From Pseudomonadota bacterium (lineage in GTDB: Bacteria > Pseudomonadota > Alphaproteobacteria > Rhodobacterales > Rhodobacteraceae), in the NCBI GenBank assembly GCA_039816785.1, contig JBCBXB010000016.1:4784-68783 (forward strand): a DNA stretch of 64,000 nt, in the 5' to 3' direction. The position numbers were made by a program, and so were the translations under genes. The notes beneath the pieces were generated by a model. That model searched no databases and was not told where the DNA came from. It saw nothing but the letters and a program-made list of their open reading frames with translations. Shown here piece after piece: positions 44,660-54,536 of the stretch (positions within the stretch are counted from its first letter, which is position 1; each line of letters begins with the position of its first letter).

Positions 44660-45742
44660 TTACTGCGGGATTTCGCCCTCGATGCCTTCGACATAGAAGT
44701 TCATGCCGGCCAGCGTGCCATCATCCGCCGTCTCGCCTTCGGCAAGCCAGGCTGAGCCGTCCTGCTTGTTCAGCGGGCCGGTGAACGCGTGGTAGGAGCC
44801 ATCGGCCAGCGCATCGCGCATCGCCATCGCTTCGGCCTTGACGTCGGCGGGCACCGAGTCGGTGATCTCACCGATCTTGACCATGCCCGGGCCGATCCCG
44901 TCCCATGTGTCCTTCTGCTCCCAGGTGCCGTCCATCACGGCGCGCGTGCGCTCGATGTAGTAGGGCGCCCAGTCGTCGATGATCGACGATACGCGCGGGA
45001 ACGGGGCGTACTGCCCCATGTCGGAGGCCTGACCAAAGGTCACAACGCCACCCGCCTCTTGTGCCGCCGCTTGCGGCGCTGTCGAGTCGGTGTGTTGCAG
45101 GACCACGTCCGCGCCCTGATCGATCAGCGTCTTGGCCGCGTCGGCCTCTTTGGCGGGGTCAAACCATGTGTAGACCCAGATGATCTTGAACTCGACATCA
45201 GGGTTTACCTTCTTGGCGTGGATATAGGCCGAGTTGATGCCCCGGATCACCTCTGGGATCGGGAAGGACCCGATATAGCCGATGATGTTCGACTCTGTCA
45301 TGTTGCCCGCGATGTGGCCTTGAATGGCGCGCCCTTCGTAGAACCGGGCCGAATAGGTGGACACGTTGGGATGCAGGCGCTTGTAGCCGGTGGCGTGTTC
45401 GAATTTCACATCCGGGAACTTGGCCGCGACATTGTTGGTCGGGTCCATATAGCCGAACGACGTGGTAAAGATCAGGTCAGCCCCGTCCAGCGCCATCTGC
45501 GTCATCACGCGTTCGCTGTCGGGCCCTTCGGCCACGTTTTCCACAAACACGGTCTCGACCGCATCGCCGAATTCGGCTTCGACCGCGAGGCGGCCCTGAT
45601 CGTGTTCATAGGTCCAGCCGCCGTCACCCACAGGGCCGACATAGACAAAGCCGACCTTGGTTTTTTCGTGGCCATCGGCATAGGCAGCGCCGCCGACCCC
45701 AAGTGCCAGCACCGCGCTGGCAAGCAATTTTCCGAACTTCAT
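44660..45742 (-). CDS. BMP-family ABC transporter substrate-binding protein (nucleoside/purine type)
   Basis: 360 aa with a signal peptide and BMP/PnrA-like motifs (VGFVYVGPVGDGGW). Confidence 0.9.
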   Translation of the reverse strand: MKFGKLLASAVLALGVGGAAYADGHEKTKVGFVYVGPVGDGGWTYEHDQGRLAVEAEFGDAVETVFVENVAEGPDSERVMTQMALDGADLIFTTSFGYMDPTNNVAAKFPDVKFEHATGYKRLHPNVSTYSARFYEGRAIQGHIAGNMTESNIIGYIGSFPIPEVIRGINSAYIHAKKVNPDVEFKIIWVYTWFDPAKEADAAKTLIDQGADVVLQHTDSTAPQAAAQEAGGVVTFGQASDMGQYAPFPRVSSIIDDWAPYYIERTRAVMDGTWEQKDTWDGIGPGMVKIGEITDSVPADVKAEAMAMRDALADGSYHAFTGPLNKQDGSAWLAEGETADDGTLAGMNFYVEGIEGEIPQ

Positions 45743-45773
45743 GAGTGGATTTTCTCCCCGGTTTTATTGGCCT

Positions 45774-46694
45774 CTAGCTTGAGGCGTGGAATGTGCGCCC
45801 CAATGATCCGGGGGCACGGGATTTGTCTGCGCTCAGAATCACGAGCACGATGATTGTCACGACGTAGGGGGACATTGCCAAATACTCGACCGGAATGGCA
45901 ACGCCTGCGCCTTGCAGGTTCAACTGCAGCTGGGTGATCCCGCCAAAAAGATAGGCACCCAGCAGCACCCGCCACGGCTTCCAGCTTGCAAAGACCACCA
46001 GCGCGAGGGCGATCCAGCCCACACCTGCGGTCATCCCTTCGGACCATTGCGGCACGCGGATCAGGCTGATGTAGGCCCCGCCCAGCCCCGCACAGGCCCC
46101 GCCAAAGAGGATGGCAAGCGTGCGGATGCGCTTTACCTTGTAGCCGAGCGCGTGGGCCGCATCGTGGTTTTCGCCCACCGCCCGCAGGATCAGGCCCGCG
46201 CGGCTGAAGGTCAGCACAGCCCAGGTGCCCGCCACGATGGCAAGACCCAGATAGACGATCAGGTCATGGCCAAAGAGGATCGGCCCGATGACCGGGATAT
46301 CGGCTAGCGGGCCCAGCGGCGTGGACTCGGTCCGCGGTGGTTTGATCCCGACATAGCTTTGCCCCATCAGCGCCGACAGCCCGAGGCCAAAGAGCGTGAG
46401 TGCGAGGCCGGAGGCCACCTGATTGGCGAGTGCAACCTGCGTGAGAAATGCAAAGAGCAGCGATAGCACGGCGCCACCCACCGCCGCCGCGATGAACCCA
46501 ACCGTCGGCGAGCCTGAGTTCACCGTGATTATGAAACCGCAGACCGCCCCGGTGATCATCATCCCCTCGACCCCGAGGTTCAGCACGCCCGCACGCTCCA
46601 CCACCAGTTCGCCAATGGCGGCAAGCAGGATGGGGGTGGACGCCGCGATCATGGCGGCGATTAGGAGGATGGGGTTGATGGCAGACAGGTCCAT
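45774..46694 (-). CDS. ABC transporter permease (BMP-type system, second permease)
   Basis: 306 aa polytopic protein. Confidence 0.9.
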   Translation of the reverse strand: MDLSAINPILLIAAMIAASTPILLAAIGELVVERAGVLNLGVEGMMITGAVCGFIITVNSGSPTVGFIAAAVGGAVLSLLFAFLTQVALANQVASGLALTLFGLGLSALMGQSYVGIKPPRTESTPLGPLADIPVIGPILFGHDLIVYLGLAIVAGTWAVLTFSRAGLILRAVGENHDAAHALGYKVKRIRTLAILFGGACAGLGGAYISLIRVPQWSEGMTAGVGWIALALVVFASWKPWRVLLGAYLFGGITQLQLNLQGAGVAIPVEYLAMSPYVVTIIVLVILSADKSRAPGSLGRTFHASS

Positions 46695-46698
46695 GGGC

Positions 46699-47085
46699 TC
46701 ACTCGATCGGGTATGTCAGGCAGCGCATCGCGCGGCCGGGGGCGGCGTCGCCGGACAGGGTCAGCACAATGACATCCGCTTGTGTCACGGTCGCGATGGC
46801 GCGCAGCTCACCCGTCGGGGCCACGCCAAAGGTGCGGCCGCGCGTCTTGCCGATCATCGCCAGTTGCCCGTCTGCCAGCGTCCATGCGCCCGCCCAGTCG
46901 AACCGATGCGCCTCGCCCAGCGGCATCACGGTACCGGTTGCGTCGAACGCGCCGTCCTGGCCCAGGGTGAAATCCATCCGGACGGCGGCGTGCGGCGCGT
47001 CCTGTCCCGGGACCAGCCCGCTTGAGCAGTACCATTGCCCGTGCCCGATGGAGGCGAGGACCAGCACTGCGCCGAGGCCCCCCAT
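46699..47085 (-). CDS. Hypothetical 128-aa protein with an N-terminal hydrophobic anchor, inserted between the two permease genes
   Basis: Its ATG shares one base with the upstream permease stop (GTGATGG), and a GGAGGTGG lies upstream. It fills an otherwise empty 390-nt gap in a tightly packed operon, and its third-position GC is high. Confidence 0.55.
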   Translation of the reverse strand: MGGLGAVLVLASIGHGQWYCSSGLVPGQDAPHAAVRMDFTLGQDGAFDATGTVMPLGEAHRFDWAGAWTLADGQLAMIGKTRGRTFGVAPTGELRAIATVTQADVIVLTLSGDAAPGRAMRCLTYPIE

Positions 47086-48167
47086 CACGCCACCTCCGCC
47101 GCGCCGAACCGCACGCGGTAATTTGTCAGCAGGTCCAGCGCCAGCAGGAAAAACAGCAGCATCCCCTGAAACACTTGAATGGCCGCCGCAGGCAGGCCCA
47201 GCTGTGATTGCGCGATGTCGCCGCCGATATAGGTCAGCGCCATCAGCAGCCCAGCTGCCACAATGCCTAGCGGGTTCAAGCGGCCCAGAAACGCCACGAT
47301 GATCGCCGTAAACCCATAGCCCACGTTGAAATCGATGCTGATCTGCCCCGACGGCCCCGCCACCTCGAACATACCGGCAAGACCCGCCAGCAGGCCCGAC
47401 ATGCCCAGACAAAACAGGATCAGCCGCCCCGGGTTCACGCCGCCGAACCGCGCCGCGCGCGGGGCCTCGCCTGTGACCCGAATGGCAAAGCCCAGCCGAT
47501 GCCGCGCCAGCAGCACATAGGCAAAGATCACGGCGATCAGCGCCGCCACGACCCCCCAATGCATGCCCGTGCCTGCAATGATCTCGGCGTTATGCGCCGA
47601 CGGATACTGTTGCAGGTTGCGCGAACCCGGAAAGCCGAACCCTTCGGGGTTCTTCAGCAATCCCAACGACATGGAAGCCAACAGCTGCTCGGCCACATAG
47701 ACCAGCATCAGCGACACCAGGATCTCGTTGGTTCCGAACCTGACGCGCAACACCGCCGGGATCATCGCCCAGGCGCACCCGCCCACAGCCCCGGCCAGCA
47801 CCATCAGCGGAAAGATCAGAACGCTTTCGGCAGGGTAAAACGCCAGCCCCGCAGCCGCACCGCAAATCGCGCCCACGATGTACTGACCCTCGGCCCCGAT
47901 GTTCCAGATGCCCGCCCGAAACCCCAGCGCCAGCCCTATGGCAATCAGCACCAGCGGCGCCCCCTTGATCAGCAGCTGCGGGCGGTAGAAAAACGCGAAC
48001 TCGCCAAAGATCGGCTCCCAGAAAATCGTGGCAATCGCCGCGACCGGGTCCTTGCCCAGTACCGCAAACAGCACCCCGCCAAAGAGCATGGTCAACAGGA
48101 CGGCCAGCACCGGGGTCGCGTAGGCCATCATCGGTGACGGCTGCGCACGTGCCTCGATCCGGATCAT
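47085..48167 (-). CDS. ABC transporter permease (BMP-type system, first permease)
   Basis: 360 aa polytopic protein. Confidence 0.9.
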   Translation of the reverse strand: MIRIEARAQPSPMMAYATPVLAVLLTMLFGGVLFAVLGKDPVAAIATIFWEPIFGEFAFFYRPQLLIKGAPLVLIAIGLALGFRAGIWNIGAEGQYIVGAICGAAAGLAFYPAESVLIFPLMVLAGAVGGCAWAMIPAVLRVRFGTNEILVSLMLVYVAEQLLASMSLGLLKNPEGFGFPGSRNLQQYPSAHNAEIIAGTGMHWGVVAALIAVIFAYVLLARHRLGFAIRVTGEAPRAARFGGVNPGRLILFCLGMSGLLAGLAGMFEVAGPSGQISIDFNVGYGFTAIIVAFLGRLNPLGIVAAGLLMALTYIGGDIAQSQLGLPAAAIQVFQGMLLFFLLALDLLTNYRVRFGAAEVA

Positions 48168-48181
48168 GCGCAGGTCCCTTT

Positions 48182-48221
48182 CCGTCTCTGTCCCTGAAAA
48201 ATCCCCCCCGGAGGGTCGGTC
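48182..48221 (-). repeat. Terminator-like repeat T1, copy d, filling the ATPase-permease spacer
   Basis: CCGTCTCTGTCCC-TGAAAAATCCCCCCCGGAGGGTCGGTCC on the + strand. In minus (operon) sense it reads as a hairpin, a T-run and then GGGACAGAGACGG. Confidence 0.7.
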
Positions 48222-49739
48222 CTACACATGCGCGACCTCCATCCCGTGGGCACCACCCAGCATCAGGCCGATCTGTTCCACGTCCAGCTCCGCCGTGGCG
48301 CGCGGCGCACTCAATCGCCCCTCGTTCAGTGCCGCAAACCGGTCGGAGATTTCCATCAACTCGTCCAGATCCTGCGAAATCACCACCACCGCGGCCCCGC
48401 CCGCCGCCAGATCCAGCAACGCTTGCCGGATTGCGGCTGCAGCGGCGGCATCCACGCCCCATGTGGGCTGATTGACCACCAGCACTTCGGGGTTCTGCAG
48501 CACCTCCCGGCCAATCACGAATTTCTGCAGGTTCCCCCCCGACAGCGACCGCGCCGCATTGCCCGGCCCCGGCGTGCGCACATCAAACCCCTCGATGATC
48601 CGCTCGGCAAAAGCCCGCGTGCGCGGCCAGTCGAGGAACCCGCCCCGCGCCAGCCCCTCGCGCGTCGCGCCGGTCAGCAGCGCGTTTTCCGTCAGCGACA
48701 TGTTCGGTGCCGCCGCGTGGCCCAGCCGCTCTTCGGGGGCAGCCAGCACGCCCAGACCGCGCCGCGCCTCGGGGCCTGCACCGCTCAGATCGCGCCCCTC
48801 GAACGTGACCATGCCCGCGCCACAGCGCACCTCGCCCGACAGGGCGGCCAGCAATTCGTCCTGCCCGTTGCCCGCAACACCGCCGATGCCCAGCACCTCG
48901 CCCGCGCGCACCTCGAACGACACACCCTTGAGCGACATGCCAAAGGCGGAGGGCGAGGCGACGTCGAGCCCGGCCACCGCCAGCTTTACCGCGCCAAAGC
49001 TGTGGTCCTGCGCCTTGGGCGCCACCAGCCGCGCGCCCACCATCATTTCGGCCATATCACGGGCCGAGGTGTCCTGCGGCACGCAGGTGCCCACCACCTT
49101 GCCGCCGCGCAGGATGGTTGCGGCGTCGCACAAGGCGCGGATTTCCTCCAGCTTGTGCGAGATATAGAGGATCGCCGTGCCCTCGGCGCGCAGACGGCGC
49201 AGTGTTTCAAAGAGAATCTCCACCTCCTGCGGGGTCAGCACCGATGTCGGCTCGTCCATGATCAGCAGCGACGGCTCCTGCAGCAGGCAGCGGATGATCT
49301 CGACCCGTTGTTGCTCACCCGCCGACAGATCGCCCACCACCCGGTCGGGGCTCAGCGGCAGGCCGTAGGTTTCCGACACTGCGCGGATCTGCTGCGCCAG
49401 CGCGCGCATCGGCGGTGGGGTCTCCATGCCAAGCGCTATGTTCTCGGCCACGCTCAACGCGTCAAACAGCGAAAAGTGCTGGAACACCATGCCCACACCC
49501 ACACCCCGTGCGGCCCGCGGGTCAGCGGGCGCATAGAGCGCGCCGCGCATCGACATCTGCCCGGCATCCGGCTTGACTAGCCCGTAGATCATCTTGACCA
49601 GCGTGGATTTGCCCGCGCCGTTTTCGCCCAGAAGGGCATGAATTTCGCCCGGTGCGATGGACAGGGTCACCGTGTCATTGGCCACCACGCCCGGATAGGC
49701 CTTGGTCAACCCGTCGATGGCCAAAAGGGGCGTGGTCAT
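48222..49739 (-). CDS. ABC transporter ATP-binding protein (duplicated ATPase, sugar/nucleoside type)
   Basis: 505 aa with two Walker A-type and two signature regions. Confidence 0.9.
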   Translation of the reverse strand: MTTPLLAIDGLTKAYPGVVANDTVTLSIAPGEIHALLGENGAGKSTLVKMIYGLVKPDAGQMSMRGALYAPADPRAARGVGVGMVFQHFSLFDALSVAENIALGMETPPPMRALAQQIRAVSETYGLPLSPDRVVGDLSAGEQQRVEIIRCLLQEPSLLIMDEPTSVLTPQEVEILFETLRRLRAEGTAILYISHKLEEIRALCDAATILRGGKVVGTCVPQDTSARDMAEMMVGARLVAPKAQDHSFGAVKLAVAGLDVASPSAFGMSLKGVSFEVRAGEVLGIGGVAGNGQDELLAALSGEVRCGAGMVTFEGRDLSGAGPEARRGLGVLAAPEERLGHAAAPNMSLTENALLTGATREGLARGGFLDWPRTRAFAERIIEGFDVRTPGPGNAARSLSGGNLQKFVIGREVLQNPEVLVVNQPTWGVDAAAAAAIRQALLDLAAGGAAVVVISQDLDELMEISDRFAALNEGRLSAPRATAELDVEQIGLMLGGAHGMEVAHV

Positions 49740-50659
49740 GCCCGCGCCTCGCGCGCGGCCTGCCGCTCGAGGCGCAATCTGGCAAACTGGTGCGCCACGC
49801 CAAGTGCGATCATATGCGGCTCTTTGCCCAGTGACGGATCACCTATCGGGCAGCTGATGCGCGAGATTTGCGTCTCCGTATGACCCAGCGTTTTCAGCCG
49901 CTTGCGAAACCGCGCCCATTTCGTCCGCGACCCGATCAGCCCACAAAAGCCAAAGCCATGGGCAAGGGCGGCATGGCACAGCGCCAGGTCGATCTCGTGC
50001 GAATAGGTCAGGATCAGGTGATTGGCATGGGTCGGCGCATGGGCCATCAGCCGGGCCGGGTCGGCGGCAACCACATCGCGCACCGCCTCGGGGATATCCG
50101 CCGGAAAGCGGTTGGCCGCCGTATCCACCCAGGTCAGCGCATGCCCCGGCAGGTGTTGAAACATATCGACCAGCGCCCGGCCCACATGTCCCGCCCCCCA
50201 GATCCACAATTCCCGGTCGGCAGGGCGCGTCGGCTCGATCAGCCAGCCATCGCGCAGCTGCGTGGGGGGCAGTTGGCCCTGGTTGCGCGCCGCCTTCATC
50301 AGCCGCTTGATCGACAGCGGCATCGGGTCCGGCCCTCGCGCGATCACATCCTGCGGCAGCGCCTGCGCCCGGTCGAGATCATAAACCTCGCTCAGCACCT
50401 CGACCACGCCGCCGCAGCACTGGCCCAGATCAGGCCCCAGCGCGTGGCGGCTGAACGTGTCGCGGCTCAGCGATCGTGCGCGGCGGCTGACCTCGTATTC
50501 CAGCGTCCCGCCGCCGATGGTGCCCGATTGCCCCTTGTCCCAGACCAGCATCGCCGCACCCGGCGCACGAGGGGCGGAGCCTTGCACCTGCACGACCACG
50601 GCGCGCACAACCCTGCCATGCGTACGGCAGGCGTCGATGAGGCCCGCGCGATCAAACAT
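49736..50659 (-). CDS. xdhC: Xanthine dehydrogenase accessory (Moco insertion) protein
   Basis: 307 aa. Contains the GSAPRAPGAAMLV and TIGGGTLEY motifs. The stop overlaps the ABC ATPase start (ATGA). Confidence 0.85.
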   Translation of the reverse strand: MFDRAGLIDACRTHGRVVRAVVVQVQGSAPRAPGAAMLVWDKGQSGTIGGGTLEYEVSRRARSLSRDTFSRHALGPDLGQCCGGVVEVLSEVYDLDRAQALPQDVIARGPDPMPLSIKRLMKAARNQGQLPPTQLRDGWLIEPTRPADRELWIWGAGHVGRALVDMFQHLPGHALTWVDTAANRFPADIPEAVRDVVAADPARLMAHAPTHANHLILTYSHEIDLALCHAALAHGFGFCGLIGSRTKWARFRKRLKTLGHTETQISRISCPIGDPSLGKEPHMIALGVAHQFARLRLERQAAREARA

Positions 50660-52952
50660 CGCCGCGCGCCGTCTTGACCGCGCGCAGCACCGCCTCGGGT
50701 GTCGCCGGGGCCTGCAGGTCGGGGTAGTGCGGCCCGCAGGCCGCCGCCGCGTCGCTGAGCGCCAGAAAGGCCGAGATCCCCAGCATCAGCGGCGGCTCGC
50801 CCACGGCTTTGGATTTGTAGATCGTGTCAGCCTTGTTCTCCCCATCCCACAGCGCGACATTGAAGATGTCCGGGCGGTCGGCGCAAGCGGGAATTTTGTA
50901 TGTGGCAGGCGCATGGGTGCGCAAACGGCCGCCGTCGTCCCACACCAGCTCTTCGGTGGTAAGCCAGCCCGCGCCCTGCACATACCCGCCCTCGACCTGC
51001 CCGATATCCAGCGCCGGGTTCAGCGACGCGCCCGCATCATGCAGTATATCGGCGCGCAGGATGCGGTTCTCGCCGGTTAGGGTGTCGATCACCACTTCGC
51101 TCACCGCAGCCCCGTAGGCAAAATAGAAAAACGGCCGGCCCTGCCCCTTGATCCGGTCCCACTGAATGTCGGGTGTCTTGTAGAACCCGGTCGATGACAG
51201 GCTGATGCGGGCCTGATGGCACAGGGCGGCCACCTCGCCAAAGCTGTAGGTGGCCGCCCCCGCCTGCACCGCCCCATCGGCAAAGCGCACCGCAACCGGG
51301 TGGCACTGGTGCAGCTGCGCCAGATGTTCGGCCATGCGGTCGCGGATCGTGTCGCACGCCGCCTTGACCGCCATGCCGTTCAGGTCGCTGCCCGAAGAGG
51401 CCGCCGTCGCCGATGTGTTGGGCACCTTGGCCGTGTCCGTCGCCGTGATCTTGATCGCGGCCATCGGCACGCCAAACCGGCTCGCCGCGACCTGTGCGAC
51501 CTTCTGGAACAGCCCCTGACCCATCTCGGTCCCGCCATGGTTCAGGTGCACCGAGCCGTCCTGGTAGACATGCACCAGCGCCCCGGCCTGATTAAGGTGG
51601 GTCAGCGTAAACGAAATACCGAACTTCACCGGCGTCAGCGCGATCCCCTTTTTCAACACCGTGTTGGCCGCGTTCCAGTCCGCTACCGCCGCTCGCCGCG
51701 CGGCGTAGTCCGAAGTCTCCACCAACTGCGCCACCAGCGCATCGCCGACAAAATCCTCGACCTCCTGCCCATAAGGTGTCGTCTGTTTCTTCTGACCGGA
51801 AATACCACCGCCGGAGGCATAAAAGTTCTGTTGCCGCACACTCAGCGGATCGCGCCCCAGCGTTTTCGCAACATGGTCCACGATCCGCTCCATCCCGGCC
51901 ATGCCCTGTGGACCGCCAAAGCCGCGAAAGGCCGTCGCACTTTGGGTGTTGGTGCGCAGCCGGTGGCTCTCGATCCGGACATCGGGCAGCCAATAGGCGT
52001 TGTCGGCATGCAGCATCGCCCGGTCCGCCACCGGCAGGCTCAGGTCCTGTGCCCAGCCGCACCGCGCATATTGGCGCACATCCAGCGCCGTGATCCGCCC
52101 CGCATCGTCAAAGCCCACATCGTAAGCGATGCGAAAATCGTGGCGCTTGCCGGTGATGATCATGTCAACGTCGCGGTCATAGCGCATCTTGCAGGCCTGG
52201 CCCGTGGCGCGCGCCGCAATCGCGCAGGCCACGGCCAGCGCGTTGCCCTGGCTTTCCTTGCCGCCAAAGCCGCCGCCCATGCGCCGGGTCTCGCAGCGCA
52301 CCGCGTGCATCGGCAGACCGATGGCGTCGGCCACCTTGTGCTGGATTTCGGTGGGGTGCTGGGTGGATGAGATGACGTGCATGTCACCATCCTCGCCCGG
52401 CAGGGCCAGTGCGGCCTGCCCTTCGAGGTAGAAATGCTCCTGCCCGCCGATCTCGAACACGCCGGACAGACGATGCTGTGCGGCCTCAAGCGCGCCGTGC
52501 GCGTCGCCGCGCGCATAAATGCGCGGGCCATCCTCAAACCGGCTGTTCCGGGCCAGCGCGTCGTCGATGCCGAGGATGGCGGGTGCACCTGTGATCTCAA
52601 CCCGCGCCTGTCGCGCGGCAAAGCGTGCGGCCAGATGCGAGCGGGCGATCACCAGAAAGATCGGCTGGCCAACATAGTGCACGCTGCCTGTCGCCAGCAG
52701 CGGCTCATCATGCGCGGAGGGCGAGACATCGTTGGCAAAGGGCAGGTCTTCGGCGACAAAAACCTCCACTACTTCCGGTGCGGCGCGCACCGCATTGAGG
52801 TCCAGCGCGGTGATCTGACCGCAGGCGCTGTCGCTGGTGCCAAAAGCCAGGTGCAGCGTGCCCGCGGGTGTCGGCATGTCGTCGACATAGCGGGCCTGGC
52901 CCGTCACATGCAGGTGTGCGGCATCATGGGGCAGGGGCTTGGCGACGCTCAT
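50652..52952 (-). CDS. xdhB: Xanthine dehydrogenase molybdopterin-binding subunit
   Basis: 766 aa with aldehyde-oxidase/XDH a/b-hammerhead and Moco domains ([16 protein letters not shown]). Confidence 0.9.
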   Translation of the reverse strand: MSVAKPLPHDAAHLHVTGQARYVDDMPTPAGTLHLAFGTSDSACGQITALDLNAVRAAPEVVEVFVAEDLPFANDVSPSAHDEPLLATGSVHYVGQPIFLVIARSHLAARFAARQARVEITGAPAILGIDDALARNSRFEDGPRIYARGDAHGALEAAQHRLSGVFEIGGQEHFYLEGQAALALPGEDGDMHVISSTQHPTEIQHKVADAIGLPMHAVRCETRRMGGGFGGKESQGNALAVACAIAARATGQACKMRYDRDVDMIITGKRHDFRIAYDVGFDDAGRITALDVRQYARCGWAQDLSLPVADRAMLHADNAYWLPDVRIESHRLRTNTQSATAFRGFGGPQGMAGMERIVDHVAKTLGRDPLSVRQQNFYASGGGISGQKKQTTPYGQEVEDFVGDALVAQLVETSDYAARRAAVADWNAANTVLKKGIALTPVKFGISFTLTHLNQAGALVHVYQDGSVHLNHGGTEMGQGLFQKVAQVAASRFGVPMAAIKITATDTAKVPNTSATAASSGSDLNGMAVKAACDTIRDRMAEHLAQLHQCHPVAVRFADGAVQAGAATYSFGEVAALCHQARISLSSTGFYKTPDIQWDRIKGQGRPFFYFAYGAAVSEVVIDTLTGENRILRADILHDAGASLNPALDIGQVEGGYVQGAGWLTTEELVWDDGGRLRTHAPATYKIPACADRPDIFNVALWDGENKADTIYKSKAVGEPPLMLGISAFLALSDAAAACGPHYPDLQAPATPEAVLRAVKTARGDV
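51785..51818 (-). repeat. Repeat T2, copy 3 (core only, no GC hairpin), inside xdhB in sense orientation
   Basis: The minus strand reads GCCTCCGGCGGTGGTATTTCCGGTCAGAAGAAAC and is translated [11 protein letters not shown]. Confidence 0.65.
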
Positions 52953-54328
52953 GGGCCCACCTCCAGCACGGCGGTGGCCTGTTCCTGATCCTCGAGCCAG
53001 GCCCGCAGAAGCATGTTCTGCGCCGCCTCCATGCGGTAGGCCGCAGAGGCCCGCATGTCCGACATCGGCTCGAAATCGCGGGTCAGCGCCGTCATCGCCG
53101 CCCCGACCGACCCATCGGTCCAGGGCATGCCGCGCAACGCGGCCTCGGCCCGTGCGGCGCGTTTGGGCGTGCCCGCCATCCCGCCAAAGGCAAGGCGGAC
53201 GGTCGTGACGGTGCCATCCTCAACCTCGATCCAGAAACAGCCGCACACGGCGGAAATGTCCTGATCGAACCGCTTGGACAGCTTGTAACACCGCAGCGCG
53301 TCGCGCTGTCGTGGGATCGTGATGGCGGACACGAACTCGTTGGGCGCGCGGTCCTGTTTGCCATAGTCGATAAAGAAATCGGCAATCGGCAGGGCGCGCG
53401 TTCCGTCCACGCTGTGCAGGTGCACTGTCGCATCCAGCGCGATCAGCGCGGGCGAGCCATCCCCGATGGGTGAACCGTTGGCGACATTGCCCCCGATGGT
53501 CGCCGCATTGCGGACCTGCACCGAGCCGTAGCGGCGGATCAGTTCCGCAAACCCCGGGTGATGCGGTGCGATGGCTGCGTGCAGATCGGTCAGCGTGGTG
53601 GCGGCACCGATGCGTATTTCATCATCGGTGACAGTAACACCCGCAAGCGCCGGGATGCGGTTGAGGAAGGCGACGGGGCCGAGCGCGCGAAACTCCTTGG
53701 TCACCCACAGGCCGACATCCGTGGCACCGGCGATGAGCGTGCCGGTTGGGTTCTGATCCATCCATGTCGCAAGAGCGTCTGGCGTTGTAGGGGGCTCTGC
53801 CCCCGGCTTCGCCTCCCCCGTGGTATTTTCGGTCAGAAGAAACCGGGCGTCGTTCAAATGGTCGGGGACGGGTGCGTCCGCTGCGGCTTCGGCGGCGCGA
53901 ATGATGGGGGCGTAGCCGGTGCAGCGGCAGAGGTTGCCGGCCAGTTCGGTGTCGTAATCGGTGGCCCCGTTCAGATGCGCGGTGGCCATCGTCGTGATGA
54001 AACCGGGTGTGCAAAAGCCGCATTGCGCGCCATGGTGATCGATCATCGCCTGTTGGACCGGGTGCAGCGCGCCGTCCGGTGCCGCGATGCCTTCGACGGT
54101 GCGGACGGCCTTGCCCGCGAGTTGCGGCACAAAGAGGATGCAGGCGTTCAGCGCGCGGGCCCCGTGCGTGTCGGTCACCATCACCGAACAGGCGCCGCAG
54201 TCGCCTTCGTTGCAGCCCTCCTTTGTGCCTGTGAGATGCTGATCCTCGCGCAGCCAGTCGAGCAGTGTTGTCGTCTCCGAGGTGTCAGCCGTGATCTCGC
54301 TTCCGTTCAGAAGAAAGGTCGTGCGCAT
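52949..54328 (-). CDS. xdhA: Xanthine dehydrogenase small subunit (2Fe-2S plus FAD-binding domains)
   Basis: ATG at 54328. 459 aa. Contains FLLNG...[14 protein letters not shown] and CRCTGY iron-sulfur motifs and an FAD domain. Confidence 0.9.
   Translation of the reverse strand: MRTTFLLNGSEITADTSETTTLLDWLREDQHLTGTKEGCNEGDCGACSVMVTDTHGARALNACILFVPQLAGKAVRTVEGIAAPDGALHPVQQAMIDHHGAQCGFCTPGFITTMATAHLNGATDYDTELAGNLCRCTGYAPIIRAAEAAADAPVPDHLNDARFLLTENTTGEAKPGAEPPTTPDALATWMDQNPTGTLIAGATDVGLWVTKEFRALGPVAFLNRIPALAGVTVTDDEIRIGAATTLTDLHAAIAPHHPGFAELIRRYGSVQVRNAATIGGNVANGSPIGDGSPALIALDATVHLHSVDGTRALPIADFFIDYGKQDRAPNEFVSAITIPRQRDALRCYKLSKRFDQDISAVCGCFWIEVEDGTVTTVRLAFGGMAGTPKRAARAEAALRGMPWTDGSVGAAMTALTRDFEPMSDMRASAAYRMEAAQNMLLRAWLEDQEQATAVLEVGP
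53790..53846 (+). repeat. Repeat T2, copy 4 (GGGGGC-TCT-GCCCCC hairpin plus CCCCGTGGTATTTTCGGTCAGAAGAAACCGG), inside the xdhA linker
   Basis: It is antisense to xdhA and translated [21 protein letters not shown], between the Fe-S domain and the FAD domain. Confidence 0.75.
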
Positions 54329-54536
54329 GTGCGTTGCCTGCCGCGATACCAAGCCCCTGAAACTGGGCGCGGACCTCGATGCGGCGTAGAGGTCGGCCCG
54401 GGCGGACCTGCGCAGGCTAAGGCGGGGCGGGCCGCCTTTGCAAGACCCCAAGCGGTGCCAGGTCGCATGCCGATTTGGTGTGCATAACTTTGTAGCACCA
54501 CTGGATATGGGGGCGGCGGGGCCATAGTCTGCGCCC

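Noticed and set aside
54301-54322. Fifth T2-like match (TTCCGTTCAGAAGAAAGG) at the 5' end of xdhA.
   Set aside because: It encodes the FLLNG motif, which from memory is native and conserved at the XdhA N-terminus. The flanking T2 features (GTGGTATTT, GC hairpin) are absent. It is probably a chance resemblance.
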